64,000 nt of DNA from Eledone cirrhosa (lineage: Eukaryota), in NCBI GenBank assembly GCA_964016885.1, contig OZ024743.1:21762001-21826000 (forward strand), read 5' to 3'. The position numbers and the translations under genes are program-made. How positions within the stretch are numbered: position 1 is the first letter of the stretch; each line of letters opens with the position of its first letter. Shown here one piece after another: positions 28,051 through 41,600 of this stretch. The notes under the pieces were generated by a model that saw only the letters and a list, made by a program, of their open reading frames with translations, was not told the DNA's origin and made no database searches.

Positions 28051-28815
28051 TCATCATCATCATCATCATCATCACCGTTTTACGTCCGTTCTTCCACGCT
28101 AGCATGGGTTAGACGGGTTGTCCTGTTGTGGGCAGTGTCTGGTCGGCTGACCATGCCTTGCTCATACAGGAACTGATCTGGCTTGATTTCTACAGCTGGA
28201 TGGCCCTTCCTAACACCAACCTCATTTACAGTGAGTGCTGGGTGCTTTTTCGTGGCGCCTACACGTCCACTTTACAGTGTGGGCTGGGTGCTTTTTTGCC
28301 GTGGCACCTCCACGACCACCTTGCGGTGGGGGGGGGGGCATATTGTTTATATGCTTCAGCATGTACCCATGGGAGGTCGGGTACCCTGTATTACTGCGTG
28401 ACGCCAGAAGTCATGGTCGTGTGTCAATTGACTTTGAGAGGTGTAGTTGGGTAAGGTCGGCTTTTATCACCTCATCCAAGTCATCTTGGGTCTCCCCACT
28501 CCGCGGTTTCCATCAACTTCTAGTGCTCTGCACCTTTTTATGCAGCTGTCATCCTTCATACGCATCACATGTCCATACCAGCGTAACCGCCTCTCCTGCA
28601 CGCAGCATTTGATTCCTCTTATGCTCAGTCTCTCTCTCAATTCCTTTATGCTTTGTCGTTCACGTATATTACTGTTACACATCCATCGGAGCATGCAGGC
28701 TTCGTTTCTCTCTAATCTAGCGCCAGGTCTCACTACCATGCAACATCGCTGTTCGGATACACGCATCATACAGTCTGCCTTTCATTCTGAGGAGAAGCCT
28801 TTTGCAGCTAGCAGT
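28051..28815 (-). mobile_element. 5'-truncated copy of RTE LINE subfamily 2
   Basis: Near-identical to 22551-23322 but with several 1-bp indels and a ~19-bp deletion. (GAT)n tail present. Confidence 0.92.
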
Positions 28816-28875
28816 ATATGTATATATGTGTATTTATATGTATATATGTGTATATATATGTATATATGTGTATTT

Positions 28876-29050
28876 ATACTCAAAGCTTCTCCTGCAGAAA
28901 GTTGAAGATATGGTTAAACACTTTCAATGGCAGGCATTGGCGTATGATGGAAAGTTATCTGGCAGGGTGAATACATTGAACCTAAAATCTACAAAGTACC
29001 CACCCATGGTAAATGGACTTGCAACTTTTGAATCTGATTTAATTAATCTA
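28876..29050 (+). pseudogene. Penelope-like element ORF N-terminal fragment
   Basis: YSKLLLQKVEDMVKHFQWQALAY...NTLNLKSTKYPPMVNGLATFESDLINL resembles the PLE motif 'Y...LI.KVE..IKRMRW.A...FGFKS.K.PP....L..FE.DL'. Confidence 0.65.
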
Positions 29051-29597
29051 GAGCAAACATCACTTTCTGCAAACACTCTACTGCTTTCCAAAACAATTTA
29101 GAGACCTAAAAACTTTTAGATCCTTCATTTTATAACTAGAAATAAATACGAACGAGGTGTCAGAATATCATCATTAAGTTTATTCAGGTGTGACGCATAC
29201 ATATATAAATCATTTAACATTCATAGCAAGAGTGGGATGGGTTTTTACTTAAGTGGGATCACTAACTGATATATATATCATTATCACCATCATTTAACAT
29301 CCTTTTTCCATGCTTGCATATGTTAGATAGATTGTAATGTTATGAGATAAGTCAAATTTTGAGACCACATCTTGCTCATAAAGATTTGTATTTTGGCTTG
29401 GTTTCTACAGCTGGATGTCTTTCGTACCACCAACCACATTACAGTGTGGACGGGGTGCTTTTTCGATGTGTCACCAGCTCGTCAACCTCACAGTGTGAAC
29501 TGGGTGCTTTTTGTCATGTCACCAGGATATATATATATATATTATATATATAATATATAGTATATATCCCACCCTTGCAAGCAGGGAAAAGCAGACG

Positions 29598-29797
29598 NNN
29601 NNNNNNNNNNNNNNNNNNNNNNNNNNNNNNNNNNNNNNNNNNNNNNNNNNNNNNNNNNNNNNNNNNNNNNNNNNNNNNNNNNNNNNNNNNNNNNNNNNNN
29701 NNNNNNNNNNNNNNNNNNNNNNNNNNNNNNNNNNNNNNNNNNNNNNNNNNNNNNNNNNNNNNNNNNNNNNNNNNNNNNNNNNNNNNNNNNNNNNNNN
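29598..29797. other. Assembly gap (200 N)
   Basis: Run of N. Confidence 0.99.
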
Positions 29798-30587
29798 TTG
29801 GTGTTTGCCAAGAAATGTTATACATGCAAACAATTTATGAGTTTATTAAAATCCTATATACACAATGTACAAATATTGCATGGAAGAGACATTTTGGTCA
29901 CTTAAAAACACATATAAAAAGTTGAATTTACTTTATATGTATCATCTATTTCTTTGTGTCTAAAACTTTTGTCACACTGTCTGTGACCTGGTCACTGATT
30001 AAGAAATAAATTATATATATATAGTAAAGTTAACAACTTTTGTAATGTTTTTAAATGGTTAAAATAACTCTTCCACTCAAAAATTGTTTTAGTTTCAGCA
30101 CTCAATTAATTACCAGACAAGTTCAACTGTGAAATATATATTAACAGTTCAATTTAACTCTAGACTACCAGTAGTTTCAAGATGAAAATATGTCTAAATT
30201 ATTAGATCCATTTGATTTCAATATGTGTTTACCTTAAAACTACTAGTGGTCCAGAGTTGAGACAAACTGTTAATTCTACTCAACTTTCACATGATGTATT
30301 GATTGCTCTTTTCATTCAAGAAGACAGCATATTAAAGTTTTCTAAATGAAAGTGTGCACCATTGAAAAGCACAGGAGCAGTGATAGCCCAGTTAAAATGT
30401 TTTTGACTATAGGTATATTTGATAATATCTGACCATTGAAAACAGAATATTAAAAAGAAAAATGGAAAACAACAATCATAAAACATTGAACAAGTAGACT
30501 GATTGTGATATCCAGTTGTTCATGCTTTATCTCTTAACATCCTGTACCACATGAGACATTAGCAACACATTCTTGAAATCTATAAAA

Positions 30588-30798
30588 TAATGGTTTCTTA
30601 TATAGGCACAAGGCCAGCAATTTTGGAGGGAGGGTGTAGTCGATAAAATCGACCCCCGTGACTGGTACTTTATTTTATCGACCCCGTAAGGATGAAAGGC
30701 AAAGTTAACCTCGGCGGGATTTGAACTCAGACCATAAAGGGACGTAACTATGCTGGAAAGCATGGCGTCCGACCCTCTACCGATACTGCCAATCCACC
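30588..30798 (-). mobile_element. SINE family A (longer-tail variant)
   Basis: Family A head and central domain plus an extra 'ttttggagggagggtgtagtcgataaaatcgacccc' segment. Confidence 0.85.
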
Positions 30799-31157
30799 AT
30801 AATGTTATGTCTTTAGGTTACTGCGAAATTTCACAAGGTTCTGTCCACATGTAAATATACTGCAATTATTTGAATTATCAAACATTTTTAGATATTTTCT
30901 GATAAATTGTGTAGGATGTTAGGAGTAAATTATAAAACAAAACACACACATTCAAACACACAAAGACACACTCTCTCTCACACACACACACAAACATGTT
31001 GATGAACAGAAGAAAGAGTTTACAATACCAAATAATAGAGAACAAAATATTATATAATTATGTATCGGTTCATCATACTGGCTGTAATTTACATAATAAA
31101 TATGAAGAAATATTCTATGTGTGTATACATCATACATATAGATACACAAACATGCAA

Positions 31158-31491
31158 ATCATCATCATTTCATTTTACGTCCGCTTTACCCTGCTTGCAA
31201 GGGTGGGACGGGAACTGATTCTGGCTTGATTTCTACAGCTGGATGCCCTTCCTAACACCAACCTTATTTACAGTGAGTGCTGGGTGCTTTTTTGCCGTGG
31301 CACCTCCACAACCACTTTGCAGTGGAATGATATGGATCCAGTCCCTATCATCTCATTCCTACAGCTGAGTAAACTGGAGCAATGTGAAATAAAGTGTCTT
31401 GCTCAAGGAAACACATCACCTGGTCTGAGAATTGGACTCACAACCTTTCGATTGCAAGGCCAATGCTCTAACCATTAAGCCATGTGCCTCC
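31158..31491 (-). mobile_element. Composite SINE family B: tRNA-like head + RTE LINE 3' tail
   Basis: Minus strand has A-box TGGCTTAATGG, 'ccttgagcaagacacttt', then 'gttaggaagggcatccagctgtagaaa' shared with the LINE 3'UTRs, and a (GAT)n tail. Confidence 0.8.
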
Positions 31492-31574
31492 AATATAAAT
31501 ATATATACATACATACATATATATATATATAACATATATACATATACTTACATATGTATATATGTAAGTATATG

Positions 31575-32031
31575 TCTCCAAGACAATGTCACTGGACCGA
31601 GACCTTTGGCGGTACTCAGTAATAGAGAAGACCCGCCTTACCTAAATACAAAGTAAAACCTACTACAGCCAGTAGGCATCTCTAACAAAATACACCCCCC
31701 ACCCCCACCCCATCCACACCGCCCCTTCAATGTAAAGTTATGTTGGTGCCACAACATCCAGAGGCCGAAACAAATGAGATCGTGTAGGTGTCACGACAAA
31801 AAAACACACAGTCCACGCTGTAATGTGGCCGTGTAGGCAACACGGTAAAAACCTCCCAGCCCCACACTGTAAATGTGGTTGGTGTTAGGAAGGGCATCCA
31901 GCTGTAGAAAACCTGCCAGACAGTCCTATGCGAGCAAGACAATCACTCTTGCCTCAAGTGGGAAAACCCCCGTCCAAACCCATGCAAGCGTGGAACACGG
32001 ACGTTAAACGATGATGATGATGATGATGATG
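31575..32031 (+). mobile_element. 3' fragment of RTE LINE subfamily 1
   Basis: Near-identical reverse complement of 19221-19684. Ends in (GAT)n. Confidence 0.93.
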
Positions 32032-32090
32032 TACATACATACATATACATATGTACACACACATACATACACACACATACATACATATGT

Positions 32091-32128
<38 letters not shown>

Positions 32129-32184
32129 TATATATATATATAAGTATATACATACTTATAACTACATCCATATTCTTAGCTCAT

Positions 32185-32614
32185 TTATTCCTGAGAGGGT
32201 TGTGAGGGTAGAGTCTTCAAACACACTTTCCAGCAGCTCCAATTGAGCCTAGCTGAACTCATAGATGTTATCTCGCCATCTTGCATGGGGTTTACCCCTG
32301 GGTCTACGGCAGGTTGGTTATGTCCATAAGATTTGTCCACTGATTCTTTCCTGAGACATTCTAACCATATATCCATAGTACCGGAACTGTGTCTCTCAAT
32401 TCGGAGAAGTAGCTGCACTACCAGGAGCATCACTGATCTCCGAGCTACACACCCTACCAAGTAACGTTACTCTAAAATCCATTCAGAAGAACCACAGTTC
32501 AACTATTTGTATTGGCAATCATATTCTTTTGGTCATTACCCAAGATTCATGACCATAGGTAAGAGTTGGCATGAATGCTGAATTGAAGATGATGAGTTTG
32601 GCTTTTGCACTTAC
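32185..32614 (-). pseudogene. Decayed RTE (Expander-like) LINE RT C-terminal part, left flank of the satellite
   Basis: SAKAKLIIFNSAFMPTLTYGHESWVMTKR...LLLRIER...LKTLPSQP matches the RTE motif 'LSRKAKLSIY..IYVPTLTYGHELWV.TER...LLLR.ER'. Contains stops and frameshifts. Confidence 0.8.
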
Positions 32615-35600
32615 CTACCATCTGAAACTGGTAAATTACTGCACTACCCCCTGAAACTAGTACATTACTGCACTACCCCCTGAAACTGGTACATTACTGC
32701 ACTACCCCCTGAAACTGGTACATTACTGCACTACCCCCTGAAACTGGTACATTACTGCACTACCGTCTGAAACTGGTACATTACTGCACTACCCCCTGAA
32801 ACTAGTACATTACTGCACTACCCCCTGAAACTAGTACATTACTGCACTACCCCCTGAAACTAGTACATTATCTGCACTACCCTCTTAAACTGGTACATTA
32901 CTGCACTACCCCCTGAAACTGGTACATTACTGCACTACCGTCTGAAACTGGTACGTTACTGCACTACCCTCTTAAACTGGTACATTACTGCACTACCCCC
33001 TGAAACTGGTACATTACTGCACTACCCTCTTAAACTGGTACATTACTGCACTACCCTCTGAAACTGGTACATTACTGCACTACCCCCTGAAACTAGTACA
33101 TTACTGCACTACCCCCTGAAACTAGTACATTACTGCACTACCCCCTGAAACTAGTACATTACTGCACTACCCTCTTAAACTGGTACATTACTGCACTACC
33201 GTCTGAAACTGGTACATTACTGCACTACCCCCTGAAACTAGTACATTACTGCACTACCCTCTTAAACTGGTACATTACTGCACTACCCCCTGAAACTAGT
33301 ACATTACTGCACTACCCCCTGAAACTGGTACATTACTGCACTACCCCCTGAAACTAGTACATTACTGCACTACCCTCTTAAACTGGTACATTACTGCACT
33401 ACCCTCTTAAACTGGTACATTACTGCACTACCCCCTGAGACTAGTACATTACTGCACTACCCCCTGAAACTAGTACATTACTGCACTACCCTCTTAAACT
33501 GGTACATTACTGCACTACCCTCTTAAACTGGTACATTACTGCACTACCCCCTGAAACTAGTACATTACTGCACTACCCCCTGAAACTGGTACATTACTGC
33601 ACTACCCTCTTAAACTGGTACATTACTGCACTACCCCCTGAAACTGGTACATTACTGCACTACCCTCTTAAACTGGTACATTACTGCACTACCCTCTTAA
33701 ACTGGTACATTACTGCACTACCCCCTGAAACTAGTACATTACTGCACTACCCTCTTAAACTGGTACATTACTGCACTACCCCCTGAGACTGGTACATTAC
33801 TGCACTACCCTCTTAAACTGGTACATTACTGCACTACCCTCTTAAACTGGTACATTACTGCACTACCCCCTGAAACTAGTACATTACTGCACTACCCTCT
33901 TAAACTGGTACATTACTGCACTACCCCCTGAGACTAGTACATTACTGCACTACCCCCTGAAACTGGTACATTACTGCACTACCCTCTTAAACTGGTACAT
34001 TACTGCACTACCCTCTTAAACTGGTACATTACTGCACTACCCTCTTAAACTGGTACATTACTGCACTACCCCCTGAAACTAGTACATTACTGCACTACCC
34101 CCTGAAACTAGTACATTACTGCACTACCCTCTTAAACTGGTACATTACTGCACTACCCCCTGAAACTAGTACATTACTGCACTACCCTCTTAAACTGGTA
34201 CATTACTGCACTACCCCCTGAAACTAGTACATTACTGCACTACCCTCTTAAACTGGTACATTACTGCACTACCCCCTGAAACTAGTACATTACTGCACTA
34301 CCCTCTTAAACTGGAACATTACTGCACTACCCTCTTAAACTGGTACATTACTGCACTACCCCCTGAAACTAGTACATTACTGCACTACCCTCTTAAACTG
34401 GTACATTACTGCACTACCCCCTGAAACTAGTACATTACTGCACTACCCTCTTAAACTGGTACATTACTGCACTACCCCCTGAAACTAGTACATTACTGCA
34501 CTACCCTCTTAAACTGGTACATTACTGCACTACCCTCTTAAACTGGTACATTAATGCACTACCCCCTGAAACTAGTACATTACTGCACTACCCTCTTAAA
34601 CTGGTACATTACTGCACTACCCCCTGAAACTAGTACATTACTGCACTACCCTCTTAAACTAGTACATTACTGCACTACCCCCTGAAACTGGTACATTACT
34701 GCACTACCCCCTGAAACTGGTACATTACTGCACTACCCCCTGAAACTAGTACATTACTGCACTACCCCCTGAAACTAGTACATTACTGCACTACCCCCTG
34801 AAACTGATACATTACTGCACTACCCCCTGAAACTGGTACATTACTGCACTACACCCTGAAACTAGTACATTACTGCACTACCCTCTTAAACTGGTACATT
34901 ACTGCACTACCCTCTTAAACTGGTACATTACTGCACTACCCCCTGAAACTAGTACATTACTGCACTACCCCCTGAAACTGGTACATTACTGCACTACCCC
35001 CTGAAACTAGTACATTACTGCACTACCCTCTTAAACTGGTACATTACTGCACTACCCTCTTAAACTGGTACATTACTGCACTACCCCCTGAAACTAGTAC
35101 ATTACTGCACTACCCCCTGAAACTAGTACATTACTGCACTACCCCCTGAAACTGGTACATTACTGCACTACCCCCTGAAACTAGTACATTACTGCACTAC
35201 CCCCTGAAACTAGTACATTACTGCACTACCCCCTGAAACTGGTACATTACTGCACTACCCCCTGAAACTAGTACATTACTGCACTACCCCCTGAAACTAG
35301 TACATTACTGCACTACCCCCTGAAACTGGTACATTACTGCACTAATATCCGAAACTGGTACATTACTGCACTACACCCTGAAACTAGTACATTACTGCAC
35401 TACCCCCTGAAACTAGTACATTACTGCACTACCCCCTGAAACTGGTACATTACTGCACTACCCCCTGAAACTGGTACATTACTGCACTACCCCCTGAAAC
35501 TGGTACATTACTGCACTACCCCCTGAAACTAATACATTACTGCACTACCCCCTGAAACTAGTACATTACTGCACTACCCCCTGAAACTGGTACATTACTG

Positions 35601-38600
35601 CACTACCCCCTGAAACTAGTACATTACTGCACTACCCCCTGAAACTAGTACATTACTGCACTACCCTCTTAAACTGGTACATTACTGCACTACCCCCTGA
35701 AACTGGTACATTACTGCACTACCCTCTTAAACTGGTACATTACTGCACTACCCCCTGAAACTGGTACATTACTGCACTACCCTCTTAAACTGGTACATTA
35801 CTGCACTACCCCCTGAAACTGGTACATTACTGCACTACCCTCTTAAACTGGTACATTACTGCACTACCCTCTTAAACTGGTACATTACTGCACTACCCTC
35901 TTAAACTGGTACATTACTGCACTACCCCCTGAAACTAGTACATTACTGCACTACCCTCTTAAACTGGTACATTACTGCACTACCCCCTGAAACTAGTACA
36001 TTACTGCACTACCCTCTTAAACTGGTACATTACTGCACTACCCCCTGAAACTAGTACATTACTGCACTACCCTCTTAAACTGGTACATTACTGCACTACC
36101 CTCTTAAACTGGTACATTAATGCACTACCCTCTTAAACTGGTACATTACTGCACTACCCCCTGAAACTAGTACATTACTGCACTACCCTCTTAAACTGGT
36201 ACATTACTGCACTACCCCCTGAAACTAGTACATTACTGCACTACCCTCTTAAACTAGTACATTACTGCACTACCCCCTGAAACTGGTACATTACTGCACT
36301 ACCCCCTGAAACTGGTACATTACTGCACTACCCCCTGAAACTAGTACATTACTGCACTACCCCCTGAAACTAGTACATTACTGCACTACCCCCTGAAACT
36401 GGTACATTACTGCACTACCCCCTGAAACTGGTACATTACTGCACTACCCCCTGAAACTAGTACATTACTGCACTACCCTCTTAAACTGGTACATTACTGC
36501 ACTACCCTCTTAAACTGGTACATTACTGCACTACCCCCTGAAACTAGTACATTACTGCACTACCCCCTGAAACTGGTACATTACTGCACTACCCCCTGAA
36601 ACTAGTACATTACTGCACTACCCTCTTAAACTGGTACATTACTGCACTACCCTCTTAAACTGGTACATTACTGCACTACCCCCTGAAACTAGTACATTAC
36701 TGCACTACCTCCTGAAACTAGTACATTACTGCACTACCCCCTGAAACTGGTACATTACTGCACTACCCCCTGAAACTAGTAAATTACTGCACTACCCCCT
36801 GAAACTAGTACATTACTGCACTACCCCCTGAAACTGGTACATTACTGCACTACCCCCTGAAACTAGTACATTACTGCACTACCCCCTGAAACTAGTACAT
36901 TACTGCACTACCCCCTGAAACTGGTACATTACTGCACTAATATCCGAAACTGGTACATTACTGCACTACCCCCTGAAACTAGTACATTACTGCACTACCC
37001 CCTGAAACTAGTACATTACTGCACTACCCCCTGAAACTGGTACATTACTGCACTACCCCCTGAAACTGGTACATTACTGCACTACCCCCTGAAACTGGTA
37101 CATTACTGCACTACCCTCTTAAACTGGTACATTACTGCACTACCCCCTGAAACTAGTACATTACTGCACTACCCCCTGAAACTAGTACATTACTGCACTA
37201 CCCCCTGAAACTGGTACATTACTGCACTACCCCCTGAAACTGGTACATTACTGCACTACCCCCTGAAACTAGTACATTACTGCACTACCCCCTGAAACTA
37301 GTACATTACTGCACTACCCCCTGAAACTGGTACATTACTGCACTACCCCTTGAAACTAGTACATTACTGCACTACCCCCTGAAACTGGTACATTACTGCA
37401 CTACCCCCTGAAACTAGTACATTACTGCACTACCCCCTGAAACTAGTACATTACTGCACTACCCCCTGAAACTGGTACATTACTGCACTACCCCCTGAAA
37501 CTGGTACATTACTGCACTACCCCCTGAAACTGGTACATTACTGCACTACCCTCTTAAACTGGTACATTACTGCACTACCCCCTGAAACTAGTACATTACT
37601 GCACTACCCCCTGAAACTAGTACATTACTGCACTACCCCCTGAAACTGGTACATTACTGCACTACCCCCAAAAACTAGTACATTACTGCACTACCCCCTG
37701 AAACTGGTACATTACTGCACTACCCCCTGAAACTAGTACATTACTGCACTACCCCCTGAAACTGGTACATTACTGCACTACCCCCTGAAACTAGTACATT
37801 ACTGCACTACCCCCTGAAACTGGTACATTACTGCACTACCCCCTGAAACTGGTACATTACTGCACTACCCCCTGAAACTAGTACATTACTGCACTACCCT
37901 CTTAAACTGGTACATTACTGCACTACCCCCTGAAACTGGTACATTACTGCACTACCCTCTTAAACTGGTACATTACTGCACTACCCCCTGAAACTGGTAC
38001 ATTACTGCACTACCCTCTTAAACTGGTACATTACTGCACTACCCCCTGAACCTGGTACATTACTGCACTACCCTCTTAAACTGGTACATTACTGCACTAC
38101 CCCCTGAAACTGGTACATTACTGCACTACCCTCTTAAACTGGTACATTACTGCACTACCCTCTGAAACTGGTACATTACTGCACTACCCCCTGAAACTAG
38201 TACATTACTGCACTACCCCCTGAAACTAGTACATTACTGCACTACCCTCTTAAACTGGTACATTACTGCACTACCCTCTTAAACTGGTACATTACTGCAC
38301 TACCCCCTGAAAATAGTACATTACTGCACTACCCTCTTAAACTGGTACATTACTGCACTACCCCCTGAAACTGGTACATTACTGCACTACCCTCTTAAAC
38401 TGGTACATTACTGCACTACCCCCTGAAACTGGTACATTACTGCTCTACCCCCTGAAACTAGTACATTACTGCACTACCCCCTGAAACTGGTACATTACTG
38501 CACTACCCCCTGAAACTGGTACATTACTGCACTACCCCCTGAAACTAGTACATTACTGCACTACCCTCTTAAACTGGTACATTACTGCACTACCCCCTGA

Positions 38601-41600
38601 AACTGGTACATTACTGCACTACCCTCTTAAACTGGTACATTACTGCACTACCCCCTGAAACTGGTACATTACTGCACTACCCTCTTAAACTGGTACATTA
38701 CTGCACTACCCCCTGAACCTGGTACATTACTGCACTACCCTCTTAAACTGGTACATTACTGCACTACCCCCTGAAACTGGTACATTACTGCACTACCCTC
38801 TTAAACTGGTACATTACTGCACTACCCTCTGAAACTGGTACATTACTGCACTACCCCCTGAAACTAGTACATTACTGCACTACCCCCTGAAACTAGTACA
38901 TTACTGCACTACCCTCTTAAACTGGTACATTACTGCACTACCCTCTTAAACTGGTACATTACTGCACTACCCCCTGAAAATAGTACATTACTGCACTACC
39001 CTCTTAAACTGGTACATTACTGCACTACCCCCTGAAACTGGTACATTACTGCACTACCCTCTTAAACTGGTACATTACTGCACTACCCCCTGAAACTGGT
39101 ACATTACTGCTCTACCCTCTGAAACTGGTACATTACTGCTCTACCCTCTGAAACTGGTACATTACTGCACTACCCCCTGAAACTGGTACATTACTGCACT
39201 ACCCTCTTAAACTGGTACATTACTGCAGTACCCCCTGAAACTAGTACATTACTGCACTACCCCCTGAAACTGGTACATTACTGCACTACCCTCTTAAACT
39301 GGTACATTACTGCACTACCCCCTGAAACTAGTACATTACTGCACTACCCCCTGAAACTGGTACATTACTGCACTACCCCCTGAAACTGGTACATTACTGC
39401 ACTACCCCCTGAAACTGGTACATTACTGCACTACCCCCTGAAACTGGTACATTACTGCACTACCCTCTTAAACTAGTACATTACTGCACTACCCTCTTAA
39501 ACTGGTACATTACTGCACTACCCTCTTAAACTGGTACATTACTGCACTACCCCCGGAAACTGGTACATTACTGCACTACCCCCTGAAACTGGTACATTAC
39601 TGCACTACCCCCTGAAACTGGTACATTACTGCACTACCCTCTTAAACTAGTACATTACTGCACTACCCTCTTAAACTGGTACATTACTGCACTACCCTCT
39701 TAAACTGGTACATTACTGCACTACCCCCTGAAACTGGTACATTACTGCACTACCCCCTGAAACTGGTACATTACTGCACTACCCCCTGAAACTGGTACAT
39801 TACTGCACTACCCTCTTAAACTGGTACATTACTGCACTACCCTCTTAAACTGGTACATTACTGCACTACCCTCTTAAACTAGTACATTACTGCACTACCC
39901 TCTTAAACTGGTACATTACTGCACTACCCCCTGAAACTGGTACATTACTGCACTACCCTCTTAAACTGGTACATTACTGCACTAACCTCTTAAACTGGTA
40001 CATTACTGCACTACCCCCTGAAACTGGTACATTACTGCACTACCCCCTGAAACTGGTACATTACTGCACTACCCTCTTAAACCGGTACATTACTGCACTA
40101 CCCTCTTAAACTGGTACATTACTGCACTACCCTCTTAAACTGGTACATTACTGCACTACCCTCTTAAACTGGTACATTACTGCACTACCCCCTGAAACTA
40201 GTACATTACTGCACTACCCTCTTAAACTGGTACATTACTGCACTACCCCCTGAAACTAGTACATTACTGCACTACCCTCTTAAACTGGTACATTACTGCA
40301 CTACCCCCTGAAACTGGTACATTACTGCACTACCCCCTGAAACTGGTACATTACTGCACTACCCTCTTAAACTGGTACATTACTGCACTACCCTCTTAAA
40401 CTGGTACATTACTGCACTACCCTCTTAAACTGGTACATTACTGCACTACCCTCTTAAACTGGTACATTACTGCACTACCCTCTGAAACTAGTACATTACT
40501 GCACTACCCTCTTAAACTAGTACATTACTGCACTACCCTCTGAAACTGGTACATTACTGCACTACCCCCTGAAACTAGTACATTACTGCACTACCCTCTT
40601 AAACTGGTACATTACTGCACTACCCCCTGAAACTGGTACATTACTGCACTACCCTCTTAAACTGGTACATTACTGCACTACCCTCTTAAACTGGTACATT
40701 ACTGCACTACCCTCTTAAACTGGTACATTACTGCACTACCCTCTTAAACTGGTACATTACTGCACTACCCTCTTAAACTGGTACATTACTGCACTACCCT
40801 CTTAAACTGGTACATTACTGCACTACCCTCTTAAACAGGTACATTACTGCACTACCCCCTGAAACTAGTACATTACTGCACTACCCTCTTAAACTGGTAC
40901 ATTACTGCACTACCCTCTTAAACTGGTACATTACTGCACTACCCTCTTAAACTGGTACATTACTGCACTACCCTCTTAAACTAGTACATTACTGCACTAC
41001 CCTCTTAAACTAGTACATTACTGCACTACCCTCTTAAACTAGTACATTACTGCACTACCCTCTTAAACTAGTACATTACTGCACTACCCCCTGAAACTGG
41101 TACATTACTGCACTACCCTCTTAAACTGGTACATTACTGCACTACCCTCTTAAACTAGTACATTACTGCACTACCCTCTTAAACTAGTACATTACTGCAC
41201 TACCCCCTGAAACTGGTACATTACTGCACTACCCTCTTAAACTGGTACATTACTGCACTACCCCCTGAAACTGGTACATTACTGCACTACCCCCTGAAAC
41301 TGGTACATTACTGCACTACCCCCTGAAACTGGTACATTACTGCACTACCCCCTGAAACTGGTACATTACTGCACTACCCCCTGAAACTAGTACATTACTG
41401 CACTACCCTCTTAAACTGGTACATTACTGCACTACCCTCTTAAACTGGTACATTACTGCACTACCCCCTGAAACTGGTACACTACTGCACTACCCCCTGA
41501 AACTGGTACATTACTGCACTACCCTCTTAAACTGGTACATTACTGCACTACCCCCTGAAACTGGTACATTACTGCACTACCCTCTTAAACTGGTACATTA

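Noticed and set aside
29511-29925. ORFs spanning X runs
   Set aside because: Artefacts of the N gap.
30140-30273. Degenerate ~45-bp inverted repeat
   Set aside because: Too diverged to assign, with no clear TSD. Probably an old MITE remnant.
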